IMG/VR virus record: IMGVR_UViG_3300031088_000645
Reading direction: 5' to 3' (one strand)
DNA length: 64,000 bases
Source: an uncultured virus (IMG/VR IMGVR_UViG_3300031088_000645)
Lineage: Duplodnaviria; Heunggongvirae; Uroviricota; Caudoviricetes
The first letter of the stretch is position 1. Every line of letters starts with the position of its first letter. Under the pieces are notes generated by a model that saw only the letters and a list, made by a program, of their open reading frames with translations, ran no database searches and had not been told where the DNA came from. Positions 19,667 to 29,745 of this stretch are shown here, one piece after another. A program made the position numbers and the translations under genes.

Positions 19667-19936
19667 TTACGCGCTCTGTGGTGTTCCGATTTCGCTTTCG
19701 CGACCGATAGCCCTAAAGACCGATTGCGTCACGAGGATTGCTTTAGCAGGAGGAACCAGAAGCGCTGTGAGCTTGCGAACGCCCACCCAGAAACCCTTCT
19801 TGTCGAGGGTGTCTATAGCGGTAATTTCCGTGATGTACTCGTGTAGCAGTGCGTCAGACATCTCGATCTTCTCGTCGAGCAATGCTGCTCTGACAATGAG
19901 TGGGTCGATGGTCTGCTTCGTATGGTGTGAGGGCAT
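19667..19936 (-). CDS. hypothetical protein
   Basis: ORF co-oriented with downstream gene. Confidence 0.5.
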   Translation of the reverse strand: MPSHHTKQTIDPLIVRAALLDEKIEMSDALLHEYITEITAIDTLDKKGFWVGVRKLTALLVPPAKAILVTQSVFRAIGRESEIGTPQSA

Positions 19937-20051
19937 GCAGACAGCATATCTCAACAAGGTTGGTCATTCTTTGGTTAGGAAGGTTGCATCTCGATTGGTT
20001 ATGTACTAAGCTGTAGTTATTCAACGACCAACCATTCAGCGAAAGCGAATC

Positions 20052-20312
20052 ATGCCTACTTACGAGATGCCCGTCACTCTTCCCGAGCACAACGCCACCC
20101 AGTTCATCGAGAAGCTCCAGGAGGTCGGAATGGTCATCCCCGGCTTCAAGACCCACACGTTCGTTCTCGAAGAGATCAACAAGGCAGAAGCCATCAAGAC
20201 CGCCGCGCTCGCCCTCGACGAGTTCTACAACACCGCCAACTCGCAGCACCCCTTCGGTGCTTCCGTTCCTCTCGTGGAGAACACCCTCATCCGCAGCCAC
20301 AGGAAGCTCTAA
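20052..20312 (+). CDS. small hypothetical protein
   Basis: strong codon bias, GAAAG RBS, hairpin downstream. Confidence 0.75.
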   Translation: MPTYEMPVTLPEHNATQFIEKLQEVGMVIPGFKTHTFVLEEINKAEAIKTAALALDEFYNTANSQHPFGASVPLVENTLIRSHRKL

Positions 20313-20460
20313 CCAAGCTCGTAACTTTGTAGCCGACAAGACGTATGCTTATGCGTCTTGTCGGCTACAATGCGTTGATGACCTACTCTGCTGGAACTGT
20401 CACGATTGTTCGCAGCGCGCATTTCTGGCGGGGTGTCTCGACCTTCGGGGTGATTGAATC

Positions 20461-21378
20461 GTGAGCGCGGTCACCAACGAGACGAATCCTATCGACCTTC
20501 CTGCGAGCCGATACTTCGAGCAGATGCGCAAGAAGGACAAGAAGCTTGTCAGCTTTGAGAAGACCATTCGAAAGTTACAGCTTCATGGTGCTCCGATGTA
20601 CCGCCTCTTCATTACGACCGAAGCGGAAAAGCTTCATCTAGAAATGATCGGCATCATGCTGCATCAGAAGCAGTTCCCTGTAGTTGATCTCCGCGAGATG
20701 GTTCTGTCTGCTACCAAGAAAGCTCCGCGATATGACTGGTCGGGGCGCAACCTCAATCTTTACGACATACGAAACCTTGTTGACTGGAACGAGTCTATAG
20801 CTCGCGCCATCTCAGTAGATGTTGACCGCAAGGTCGCCGCCGACCCGCAGCTATTTGAGGAATGTGCAACCAAGCGCCTGATCAAGAACGACTTCGATGC
20901 ACGCAACCTGTGGTTGGTTGTTCAGAGCAACCCCGCATATCGAGGCATCATGTCAAGCAAGCACGCGACTGTTCGGATGCTGATATCCGCCATCAAGTCG
21001 TACCCCAATCTACTCAACGCATCATACGCTTCAGAGGCTCACAAATGGGGAAGCGAAGAATGGAATCGCACCCTGTTCGACAAACTGTGCGAATCACGCT
21101 CGAACGCTTATGAGTCTCTACTGTGGATGATGTGGATGCACAACAAGCGTGCGGTTCGAGCCTCTTTGCTGACGTACAACACCGATGGTGAAGACGGATA
21201 CGTTGCTGAGCTTGGGTATGAAAGCGCAATGGAGCGCATGTCGCAGCGCTACACCATCAGCCAGATTGACCCTTACATCGAGCGGGGAATCATCAACATC
21301 AATGACATAGCGTCAGCCATTGATAACGACATCGACGCAGACCTGCTAATGCACATGAAGACAGGCTTTGCGTTCTAG
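20461..21378 (+). CDS. hypothetical protein, C-terminal 'I..(G/D)(I/V)D..L' family
   Basis: long ORF; shared C-terminal motif. Confidence 0.8.
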   Translation: MSAVTNETNPIDLPASRYFEQMRKKDKKLVSFEKTIRKLQLHGAPMYRLFITTEAEKLHLEMIGIMLHQKQFPVVDLREMVLSATKKAPRYDWSGRNLNLYDIRNLVDWNESIARAISVDVDRKVAADPQLFEECATKRLIKNDFDARNLWLVVQSNPAYRGIMSSKHATVRMLISAIKSYPNLLNASYASEAHKWGSEEWNRTLFDKLCESRSNAYESLLWMMWMHNKRAVRASLLTYNTDGEDGYVAELGYESAMERMSQRYTISQIDPYIERGIININDIASAIDNDIDADLLMHMKTGFAF

Positions 21379-22229
21379 CCGAATGCGATGACCCACCACG
21401 ACAAGTTGGTGAGAGAACCGAACGCGACAATTGCGGGGTTAAACACGACTGCAAGGGCTATGGTCGCTACAGCCCAGACCCGACCCTTCTTCTTGGTCGC
21501 GCCTACGATGCCAGTCACAAACGGGATGAGGCTGGACAGAACGACAGCGGTAATGAAGGCGTACCTGAACTCAACATAGCGCGCACCAAGGTCAAATGTG
21601 GATTGAAGGCTGCTGATGCTTCCGGCTAGCTTTTCGATGCTCCAGTCAAGTGAAGAGATGGTACTTGCTGCATCACCTACCGTATTACCAAGAGCAACGA
21701 GACCCGCTGTGAACACTGCTGGATATGCAAGGAGGTAGAGGGTGAATGCGAAGCCACCAATGCTGGTGTACCGCGTGTTCGTCTGCGCTCGGTCTCTGTC
21801 TTTCTTGACGGACTTGTAGGTCTCCTTGGAGATGTTGCCCGCTTTGTACTGGTAGCGAAGCTGAGTGCCTGTGAATCGGGAGAGGTCTCTCGTTTCCTCT
21901 ACTGGTAGCTGAGGCGCTGTACGCCTCTCTGCGGCTTTGACAGGCACAGGTGCTCTCGGTGTGTGATGTGCTGGTTTGGCGGCGGGAGCGAGGAATGTCA
22001 CCGGTTCTACGATGGATTCAAGGCGAGGTACTGGTGGTTCAGGTACCTCAATTACCTCTTCTAGTGCATAGGTGCTCTCACCATCAACCGTGATGGGAAT
22101 GATGGGGATAGGGTGCTGAGGCAGAGGCTGATACTGAACAGGCACCATCGGTGCTTCTTCAACGCCGTCCCAGTAGTCGTCTTCTGGATTAGCGCTAGGG
22201 TCTGATTGCCACAATAGTTGGTCACTCAC
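21375..22229 (-). CDS. membrane protein with Pro-rich N-terminus
   Basis: GGAG RBS, three C-terminal TM segments. Confidence 0.8.
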   Translation of the reverse strand: MSDQLLWQSDPSANPEDDYWDGVEEAPMVPVQYQPLPQHPIPIIPITVDGESTYALEEVIEVPEPPVPRLESIVEPVTFLAPAAKPAHHTPRAPVPVKAAERRTAPQLPVEETRDLSRFTGTQLRYQYKAGNISKETYKSVKKDRDRAQTNTRYTSIGGFAFTLYLLAYPAVFTAGLVALGNTVGDAASTISSLDWSIEKLAGSISSLQSTFDLGARYVEFRYAFITAVVLSSLIPFVTGIVGATKKKGRVWAVATIALAVVFNPAIVAFGSLTNLSWWVIAFG

Positions 22230-22343
22230 GGCTACTCCATCTGGTCTGTACCGAGGTTTCCAGTTTATCGGCTGGGGCTGTCACGACACGCAGTACTCAT
22301 GGATTGGTGATCGACTCGATGATGTGTTATCTTGGTTCTATCA

Positions 22344-22445
22344 GCGAAGCAAACGACCGAGAAGGTCATATTGAGTCGGCTCGAATCCTCCCAAGGGAAA
22401 CGAGCTAGTAATACAAGCTCATATGACCTTCTCGGTCAACTTCGT
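22344..22445 (+). ncRNA. candidate small structured RNA
   Basis: 16-bp perfect inverted repeat 22355-22370/22422-22437 enclosing nested stems, downstream of TGT-TATCTT -10-like box. Confidence 0.45.
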
Positions 22446-22507
22446 TAACACACTCAGTTTGATTCTGCTGACTATGACTGCTAGCTTCTTTGTAGGAGGG
22501 TACTCAC

Positions 22508-22873
22508 ATGACGAACCAGTCGGACACTAAGAGTAAGCGAGTGCGCCTGTTCACCCATCAGGGTATGAGCGACCAGATTGAGCTTAGTAAGCTCTTCGTC
22601 GCCGCCATTGGTCAGCGCCGTGAATCGGTTGGTTTCGCCTCCGACACCGCCCGCGACTGGATGAAGCTGGTCCGCATATTGACCAATGGAACATTCAGTC
22701 TCACTAAGTCCCGTCGAGACGATCTCATCGGTATTGCCAAGGACCATTCTGCTGATGTCGTCAGCCCGTTTGTCATCAATGGGTTCTCGGACTTTGGTGA
22801 CATCCGACTGTCCATCGAACGCGGTGTGGATGCCGAAGTGCTGGCTGCTCTTCGGTTGGGAGCTAGAGATTAG
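22508..22873 (+). CDS. hypothetical protein, C-terminal 'IERGVDAEVL' family
   Basis: AGGAGG RBS. Confidence 0.8.
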   Translation: MTNQSDTKSKRVRLFTHQGMSDQIELSKLFVAAIGQRRESVGFASDTARDWMKLVRILTNGTFSLTKSRRDDLIGIAKDHSADVVSPFVINGFSDFGDIRLSIERGVDAEVLAALRLGARD

Positions 22874-22905
22874 ACAGTCTAGCTAGGATCTGATAGTGTG
22901 TATAC

Positions 22906-23136
22906 ATGCCTAGTCCAGAGTCTGTTCATGTCGTGATTCAGATTGACGCTGACGGCTTCGAGAAGGTCATCGGAGTTGCGCACAGCATCGAGTCTGTTCA
23001 GTCGGTCATTGTTGCGTCACAGAACCTTCGTGAGGATGCATACCGTGTCGAACATGACATCGATGACGATGACTTCGACCTCGAAGACCTACCGGTAGTA
23101 ACCTACGCTTCTGAGGAACATGCGGTAGTGTCATAA
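22906..23136 (+). CDS. small acidic hypothetical protein
   Basis: TAGTGT-N6-ATG. Confidence 0.7.
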   Translation: MPSPESVHVVIQIDADGFEKVIGVAHSIESVQSVIVASQNLREDAYRVEHDIDDDDFDLEDLPVVTYASEEHAVVS

Positions 23137-23182
23137 ATTGACAACCGTGGGTTATGTCTACGGCATACGCTAGAATGACTAT

Positions 23183-23752
23183 ATGCCCCAAAGCCACCTT
23201 ATTGCTAAACCTATCACCGATATCAACGGTGTCCAGAAGACGGTTAGGGTAAAGCCAAGTGGTGTAGCTCCTGTCACTATCAGTCGTGTTTCCTCTGTGT
23301 CTGCACAAGAGGACATCCCTGTTCCGTCAAGAGACGAGCTAAGGCGCATTGACAGTCTCCCCGTAGACGAGAAGGCTCGCTACGCACGTCGTCTGACAAT
23401 TGCCCCTGAGGTCTTGGAGATGCTCGGCTCTTCCAAGAATCCCGCGATTCGCAATGAGATTTCCATGAACAAGAAATCCTCTCAGCGTGCGCTTATGAAC
23501 GTGGTTGATGCTGAGTCTTCTACGTCTCGGTTCAACAAGGGCGCTGAGAAGTACCGCGATGAGAACTTGATCAACGTGGCTATGCACCCCAACACATCTA
23601 CGTCCGCTTTGCGCAAGATAGCCTCCATCAAGAGAGGCAACGACAATGGTCGAGATATCGCTGAGAAGAGACTTCGTGGTGAGGATTATCTACCGAAGAA
23701 GCGTGTGAACTCGATGGCTACAAGGTCTTACCACACTGGGTTCTGGGAGTAG
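23183..23752 (+). CDS. protein with N-terminal 'PITDINGVQKTV' tag and LRV-like helical repeats
   Basis: TAGAAT-N6-ATG; repeats such as VAMHPNTSTSALRKIA. Confidence 0.7.
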   Translation: MPQSHLIAKPITDINGVQKTVRVKPSGVAPVTISRVSSVSAQEDIPVPSRDELRRIDSLPVDEKARYARRLTIAPEVLEMLGSSKNPAIRNEISMNKKSSQRALMNVVDAESSTSRFNKGAEKYRDENLINVAMHPNTSTSALRKIASIKRGNDNGRDIAEKRLRGEDYLPKKRVNSMATRSYHTGFWE

Positions 23753-23758
23753 ATCCTC

Positions 23759-23872
23759 TTGTAGGTCTCCTACTACGAAACGAGCATTTCTTTGTAGGGT
23801 TCCTACAAACGACAAATAGCGCTTGTAGGAAACCTACAAACGTCGAGTACCTCTGTTGGAGGGTTGCTACAA
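23759..23872. repeat. array of four 17-bp palindromes TTGTAGG-N3-CCTACAA
   Basis: copies start at 23759, 23792, 23823, 23856 (first and last imperfect). Confidence 0.85.
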
Positions 23873-24021
23873 CAACCTGCTCTCCAACCTTCTAGACATA
23901 CCCTATCAACGACCACCGACATTGGTGTCAACCTAATGCATGGTACGTAATCTGTACATGACATTTAATCTGATAGTTTGCTGTATAATTGGGGTACACC
24001 CTACCTTCCCGGAGATTCACC

Positions 24022-25599
24022 ATGCGTAAGCGTTCTGCTAGTTTTCTATCCCTATTCATGGCTGGAGCAATAGCTGCATCCCCTATCGTCGCCTCATCAG
24101 CAACCGCCGCTGAGACTGACACTTCATCATCCTCTTCAACCGCCGCTCACCCTGGTGCGCCTTCGGCAGTGAGAAATGCATCAGTAAACCTCAATGGTGC
24201 TGAGTACATCTCGGTGTTCTGGTCAGCACCGGCTAGCACTGGTAATGCGCGCATTCTCAGTTATGACATCAACGTCACTGACAGCGCAGGAAACACGTAC
24301 CAGGATTCGGTGAACGCCAACACCCGTTCTTCATCTATCTACGTTGGTGACCTTCCCGGACGTACCCTTACGGTCGTTGTTTCCGCCACCAACAAGTTCG
24401 GCTCCACCCCTCTCGAAGTGGGAACCGTAGAGCAGGTTCTTGAAGCTCCTGGTATGCCTCAGGGCTTCTCTGTAGAGCCGAACGGTAACCTCACATGGTT
24501 CGCTCCTGAGTCCACGATGCCTGTGACCTCATACGTCATTCACGCCACTGCTGATGGCGAAGCACTTGATGACGTTTACCTCTCTGCTGAGGACTTCAGC
24601 TACCAATACCCCACTACCCCAGGTGTTGACTATTCATTCTCCATCTCGGCATCTAACGATGCTGGTGAGGGCGAAGCTGCTGTTATCGATTCGTTCATCA
24701 TGGATTCCACCGTCTCTGATGCACCAAGTGATGTCTACGGTGTGACAACCGATAATGGCATCACAGTCAGATGGAACGCACCTGCATTCACTGGTGGTCA
24801 GGATGTCACCTACACCGTCTCGCTCAACGACAGCCTCGGAAACACCACTGTCCTGTCGGGACTCACTGAGACACAGGCAGAGTTCGCCATCAACGCCATT
24901 CCTGGTGTTTACTACACCGCAGCGGTATCAGCGGTCAACTCTGCTGGTGAGAGCGGTACCGTCTTCTCTGAATCGTTCTCTGGCGGCGCAGAACAGGCAG
25001 CGTCACCTAGTTACGTCGATGCATACACAAGCGGATACGCTAACCACTCCGTATTCGTTCGTTGGTCCCCACCTGAGACTGATGGTGGTTCGTCTGTGAC
25101 TGAGTATGTCGTGCAGCTAACCGACTTCAATGATCCAGAAGCTGCACCTATCGTCCAGCACGTCTCTGCCGACAACTTCAGCACCAACTTCACCGGTCTT
25201 GCTGCAAGCAAGTTCTATGAGGTCAAGGTGACGGCTATGAACTCCGTAGGCGAGTCAACGGCTTCCTACGCCTACACCACCACATATGGTGATGCTCCCT
25301 ACGTACCTATCGAGGAAGAGTTTGACAGCATCGACCCATCTGTTGTCAGCATCGATGGCGACAACCTCGTGTTCACCCTTGCGGGCTACAACGCAGGTGA
25401 TTCCTTCTACACCAGTGAGCTTCCTGACGGAGATCTCAAAGAAGGAACGGTTGTTCTTTCTGAGGACGGACAGACTCTTCTCGTCTCTGCTGCTGGATAC
25501 GAGGTAGGTTCACACCGCATTGGTGTCATCGACAACAACGGTAACGCTGTTGGAAGCGTCAACTTCACCGTCAATGAAGACTTGACCATCACCCTCTAA
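24022..25599 (+). CDS. secreted fibronectin type III repeat protein
   Basis: signal peptide MRKRSAS...; four FN3 units (W..P..GG...Y, V.A.N..G); no anchor motif. Confidence 0.9.
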   Translation: MRKRSASFLSLFMAGAIAASPIVASSATAAETDTSSSSSTAAHPGAPSAVRNASVNLNGAEYISVFWSAPASTGNARILSYDINVTDSAGNTYQDSVNANTRSSSIYVGDLPGRTLTVVVSATNKFGSTPLEVGTVEQVLEAPGMPQGFSVEPNGNLTWFAPESTMPVTSYVIHATADGEALDDVYLSAEDFSYQYPTTPGVDYSFSISASNDAGEGEAAVIDSFIMDSTVSDAPSDVYGVTTDNGITVRWNAPAFTGGQDVTYTVSLNDSLGNTTVLSGLTETQAEFAINAIPGVYYTAAVSAVNSAGESGTVFSESFSGGAEQAASPSYVDAYTSGYANHSVFVRWSPPETDGGSSVTEYVVQLTDFNDPEAAPIVQHVSADNFSTNFTGLAASKFYEVKVTAMNSVGESTASYAYTTTYGDAPYVPIEEEFDSIDPSVVSIDGDNLVFTLAGYNAGDSFYTSELPDGDLKEGTVVLSEDGQTLLVSAAGYEVGSHRIGVIDNNGNAVGSVNFTVNEDLTITL

Positions 25600-25611
25600 A
25601 CAGAGATACCA

Positions 25612-25644
25612 AAGAAGCCCGCACTGATTCAGTGCGGGCTTCTT
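25612..25644. terminator. bidirectional intrinsic terminator
   Basis: AAGAAGCCCGCACTGA-t-TCAGTGCGGGCTTCTT. Confidence 0.85.
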
Positions 25645-25659
25645 TGTGTACTGCGGTAG

Positions 25660-25968
25660 TTAGATGCACACGCAGGGCGGGAGGTCCATCGTGGCGATGT
25701 CCGCGAGGTAGTCAGCCTCTTCCTCTGCGGTCATGTAGGTGGCGACTCCATCAGGACCACCGGTCTCGATGAGCGCTCCACGCTCGGGGTTGTACACCGC
25801 GATGGCGCAGGAGAGCGATGCACCTGCGCAGTGGATGCAGAAGACCATGCCGTTGGGCACGTAGAAGAGGTGGGTTCCCTTGGGGTGGGTGTCTCGGAGG
25901 GTGTTCATCGACGTACGCATGCGCTCGATGTTCTCGTCGATGGTGGTGGTGGTGGCGGTCTTCGTCAT
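25660..25968 (-). CDS. small Cys-containing hypothetical protein
   Basis: AAGGAGA RBS; CIHC motif. Confidence 0.75.
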   Translation of the reverse strand: MTKTATTTTIDENIERMRTSMNTLRDTHPKGTHLFYVPNGMVFCIHCAGASLSCAIAVYNPERGALIETGGPDGVATYMTAEEEADYLADIATMDLPPCVCI

Positions 25969-26101
25969 GATTTCTCCTTGGTCGGTTATCTATATCTAAA
26001 CACTAACTCTAGTTTATCCTTAAGTCAACTGGTGTACTCGATTTGACTTTGTGTATGTGTTTCTGTACAGTCGTGATTACCTACCGAAAGAAAAGGTCTA
26101 T

Positions 26102-28525
26102 ATGCGCAAGCGCTCCACTGGTCTCGTCTCCCTGCTCGTTGCAGGCGCACTCGTGACTTCACCCGTCGTTGCCACCTCCGCCTTCGCGGACGATACCGCA
26201 ACCGAAGCCCCCATCGAGGCAGCACCCGCCGCCGATACCACACCCGAAGCTGCTCCTGTCGAGCCTGTTGCTGAGGCTCCTGCCGAGTCTCCTGCACCGG
26301 TTGAGACCGAGGCGGCTCCTGCACCCGCCCCCGTTCCTGCTGAGACTGCACCTGAGGCTGAGACTCCTGCTGACGCTCCCGTAGCCGAGGCTCCTGCCGC
26401 TGCACCTGCGGAGGCTGAGGCTCCTGTCGAGGCTGCTGCCGTACTGCCGCCCTCCGCCCCTCGCGTCACCAGCGCCGCGCCGACCGGTAATCGAGGGTTC
26501 TCGCTGAACTGGACTGCTTCGGTGGAGAACACCTCTGGTGGATTCGGTGCTGCTGAGTACTACGATGTCGTCCTCGATGGTCAGTCGGCGGGAACTACCA
26601 TTGATACCAACCTTCCTGTCGGTCCTCTAGAAGCTGGCAGTCACGAGGTGCGCGTGGTTGCGTACAACTCTGCTGGGTTTGCTTACGGTCCTGCCTTCAC
26701 CTTCTACTCGTATTCCAGCGTTCCTGACGCACCCAGCAACCTCACCATTTCTGATGGACCTACCCCTGACTCGGTGAAGGTCTCGTGGGAAACCCCTTAT
26801 GACGGTGGTGAAGAGGCTTACGGTTACTGGATCAATCTCTATACGAGCGACGGCGAGACTTTGAGCTTCTACTCCGACCGCGAGGCAACTTCCGACATCT
26901 TCTACGTTGGTAACAAGCCCGGTCGTGAGCTTACCGCCTCTATCTACACGGTCAACCGAATCGGTAACTCCCCGACAAGCACTAGCCCCACTTACGTCCA
27001 GCCTGTCAATGCTCCGTCTGCACCTCAGAACTTCGAGGCTGCTCGCACCGAGGGCAGCAATGCTGTGAACCTGACGTGGACGGCTCCTGCTGAGACCAAC
27101 GGCGGTGACATCGAGTCCTATGTGATTCGTTGGGAGGGTAACGGTCGTACCGATCAGGTTACTGTGCCCGCCAGCGAGCTTTCTCTTGTCGCTGATGTGA
27201 CCAACGTCTCTGTTGAGTACAACTTCACCATCACCGCTGTCAACAGCGCTGGTGAGGGTGAGGCTGCAATCATCGATGGCTACACGCCTGGTTACGTCCT
27301 CTCGACTGCTCCTGTCTCTGTCAAGGGTTACATCGAGGGCGACAACGCAATCATCAACTGGTCTGAGCCTGAGTACAACGGTGGTGACGCTAACGTTCTG
27401 TACCGTGTGGTTCTGAATGGTAGCGATGGATACTCGTACGAGGACACCTCGTTCACGCCCAACGTGTCCATCAAGGTCGGCAACAAGCCTGGTGTGAAGT
27501 ACACCGCTTATGTGTCCGTCATCAATGCCGCTGGTGAGAGCGAATCTTCTCCTGCTGGTGAGTTTAGTGCCGATGCAGTTGCTCCGAGCGCACCGCGATA
27601 CGTTTCGGTCAGCACTCGTGGCTACGCTTCGCACGACATTGTGGCGAACTGGTCCACCCCAGAGACTGATGGTGGCTCGGCTATCCTCAACTACCGCGTA
27701 GTCCTGACTGATGTTGCTACCGGTGCAACCTACGAGCAGATCGTCGATGCCAACACCTACTCCTACACCTTCCGCAACTTCGCTGGTGAGACTGAGTACA
27801 GCGTTCAGGTGTTCGCTGAGAACGGCTTCGGTGGTGCTACTAACGGCTCCGAGGCAAAGGTTGTCACGACCAACGGCAGCGTTCCCCCTGCCCCCGCTCC
27901 TGATGAGTACGTCGGTCTTCCTGCTGCAACTGCGGTTGTTCAGGATGGCTCGTTCATCGTGACCGTCGAGGGCGCTCAGCCTGGTGATGTCTTCCTTGGA
28001 TACATCTACCCTGATGGCAAGTACGTTGGTGGCGCTTCGGTTACCGCTGACGGTAAGCTGTTCTGGAGCTTCGATGGCTTCGAGCTTGCTGAGGGTCTCT
28101 ACCAGTTCGGTCTCGTTGACCTCAACGGAAACGCTGTGGGCTTCGTGAACTTCGCGGTTGGACCGGTCGTTGACCCCACCGACCCGACCACTCCGGTTGA
28201 TCCTACGGTCCCTACCGACCCTACGGTTCCTACCGTGCCGGTTACCCCTGGTACGACCCCCGCTGACGGCGGTATCGCTCCGGTAGACGCACCCGCTGCT
28301 ACTGACACGGGTGACAACACCATCACTGCTGGTGATGGCTCGGTCAAGGCTTTCAACGAGACCATCGCTCCGAATAACGACACCACTGCTGCAACTGACA
28401 AGTCGCTCGCCTACACGGGTGCTGACACTGCTGGTGCTGCACAGGGTGGACTTGCAGTCATGCTGCTCGGTGGTCTGCTCCTTGCAGTCGCCAAGGTCCG
28501 TCGTAAGGCTGTCATTAAGAAGTAA
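26102..28525 (+). CDS. sortase-anchored fibronectin type III surface protein
   Basis: signal peptide, P/A/E linker, five FN3 units, PT linker, LAYTG + TM + RRK tail; paralog of 24022-25599. Confidence 0.9.
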   Translation: MRKRSTGLVSLLVAGALVTSPVVATSAFADDTATEAPIEAAPAADTTPEAAPVEPVAEAPAESPAPVETEAAPAPAPVPAETAPEAETPADAPVAEAPAAAPAEAEAPVEAAAVLPPSAPRVTSAAPTGNRGFSLNWTASVENTSGGFGAAEYYDVVLDGQSAGTTIDTNLPVGPLEAGSHEVRVVAYNSAGFAYGPAFTFYSYSSVPDAPSNLTISDGPTPDSVKVSWETPYDGGEEAYGYWINLYTSDGETLSFYSDREATSDIFYVGNKPGRELTASIYTVNRIGNSPTSTSPTYVQPVNAPSAPQNFEAARTEGSNAVNLTWTAPAETNGGDIESYVIRWEGNGRTDQVTVPASELSLVADVTNVSVEYNFTITAVNSAGEGEAAIIDGYTPGYVLSTAPVSVKGYIEGDNAIINWSEPEYNGGDANVLYRVVLNGSDGYSYEDTSFTPNVSIKVGNKPGVKYTAYVSVINAAGESESSPAGEFSADAVAPSAPRYVSVSTRGYASHDIVANWSTPETDGGSAILNYRVVLTDVATGATYEQIVDANTYSYTFRNFAGETEYSVQVFAENGFGGATNGSEAKVVTTNGSVPPAPAPDEYVGLPAATAVVQDGSFIVTVEGAQPGDVFLGYIYPDGKYVGGASVTADGKLFWSFDGFELAEGLYQFGLVDLNGNAVGFVNFAVGPVVDPTDPTTPVDPTVPTDPTVPTVPVTPGTTPADGGIAPVDAPAATDTGDNTITAGDGSVKAFNETIAPNNDTTAATDKSLAYTGADTAGAAQGGLAVMLLGGLLLAVAKVRRKAVIKK

Positions 28526-28601
28526 CACAGCACCACAGAGAAACCCTCTTGCATATATCGGCAGGAGGGTTTCTCGCTTTGTAGGGGTGGTAACATCCAG
28601 C

Positions 28602-28919
28602 ATGGCTGAAATCGTATGGTGCATCGAAGTGAATCACGACACAACAATGTGGAATGAAGGGTTTGAACACGCTGATGAGCCGTGGGCTGTCTTCTATACC
28701 GATAATGAGGCGCTTGCTCACGATCTCCGCGTCATCATTTCGGAACAGTGGAATGACGGGGCTGACATGGACAAGATGTTCGAGGTCAGGAAGTACAAGA
28801 CGGAGAAGCCTGAGCTATCCGGCACGAGCGTCAGTAATGGTCAGCTAGGGTTCTTCTCGGATCAGGACATGGCTCTTAGCGCCCTGACCGCAAGGCTCCT
28901 GATGTGGGAAGGTATCTAA
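28602..28919 (+). CDS. hypothetical protein (start MAEIVW)
   Basis: TAACAT -10-like box just upstream. Confidence 0.6.
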   Translation: MAEIVWCIEVNHDTTMWNEGFEHADEPWAVFYTDNEALAHDLRVIISEQWNDGADMDKMFEVRKYKTEKPELSGTSVSNGQLGFFSDQDMALSALTARLLMWEGI

Positions 28920-29392
28920 ACGAGCTTCTTCATCTCAGGAAGGCTCGGCGGCGGAGGAATCACGCCATCAACGAGGTATGTGGCAGCGAACCTACGGATG
29001 ATATCTTCGCCCACTTTGCGGTCTCTCAGTGAGTCTCGATGCACCAATTCATCCACGTCAGCGTTGAAGTCGATGAACTCCACTGCATAGCCGTATCGGT
29101 TGGCAAGGATGAGCAGTTCGATGACGTAGAGATCTTGCAGGTTGGTTGCGTCGATGGTGATGTCTCGTTTGCCATCGCTCATGACCTGCTCGGTGACGTA
29201 CTTCTCGATTCGGGCAACCGCTAGCTCATCAACTGATTCGCCCCAGTATGAGTTGTAGTAGTTGGCTCGGATGAGGTCTCGATTGATACGAGTCCGGGTG
29301 GTAGGTGACACAGCAACCCATTCCTCAGAGAAGGTGCTCTTGCCTGAACCAGGGAGACCACGGAGGATGTTGAGGGTGCGCGTTTCGTCCAT
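28916..29392 (-). CDS. polynucleotide kinase-like P-loop protein (AAA_33)
   Basis: GLPGSGKST, RINRD.IR, IDATNL, R...R.R.V; phosphatase domain absent. Confidence 0.9.
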   Translation of the reverse strand: MDETRTLNILRGLPGSGKSTFSEEWVAVSPTTRTRINRDLIRANYYNSYWGESVDELAVARIEKYVTEQVMSDGKRDITIDATNLQDLYVIELLILANRYGYAVEFIDFNADVDELVHRDSLRDRKVGEDIIRRFAATYLVDGVIPPPPSLPEMKKLV

Positions 29393-29478
29393 GAGGTGAT
29401 GCTACTGACTGAGGACATTATTGTCAATGGAAGTGTCAGTGCAGAAGAGCGCTATCCTTGATGTAACAAAGGAGCAAG

Positions 29479-29730
29479 ATGTCTGACGCACTATCCAGTA
29501 GCGAACGAGCGGAACTCAATTCGTACCGTGAGAAGATTGCGCTCATTCGCGCCCTTGTTCGTTCACTGGATAGGGGTGTGGGGTACAGAAACCCACTAGA
29601 CCATGACACCTATGGCGAGTATGTCGAGGGTAAGTCGGACTTCGCTGGACAGATTGAAGAGTTGCTCGACGGTACTAATCGCGTCGAGGTGACAACGGAG
29701 TTCGTTGCTGACGCGGAAGAAGTCAAATAG
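29479..29730 (+). CDS. hypothetical protein
   Basis: AAAGGAG RBS. Confidence 0.75.
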   Translation: MSDALSSSERAELNSYREKIALIRALVRSLDRGVGYRNPLDHDTYGEYVEGKSDFAGQIEELLDGTNRVEVTTEFVADAEEVK

Positions 29731-29745
29731 TCCACACGAGGCTTT

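Noticed and set aside
23759..23872. Mini CRISPR array
   Set aside because: Repeats are 17 bp with variable centres, linkers only 14-16 bp, and no cas genes; fits protein-binding sites better.
26627..28624. 665-aa minus-strand ORF, and similar long antisense ORFs (10926-11738, 41442-42326, 54619-55455, 61779-62585, 62965-63921)
   Set aside because: Shadow frames of strongly codon-biased genes on the opposite strand.
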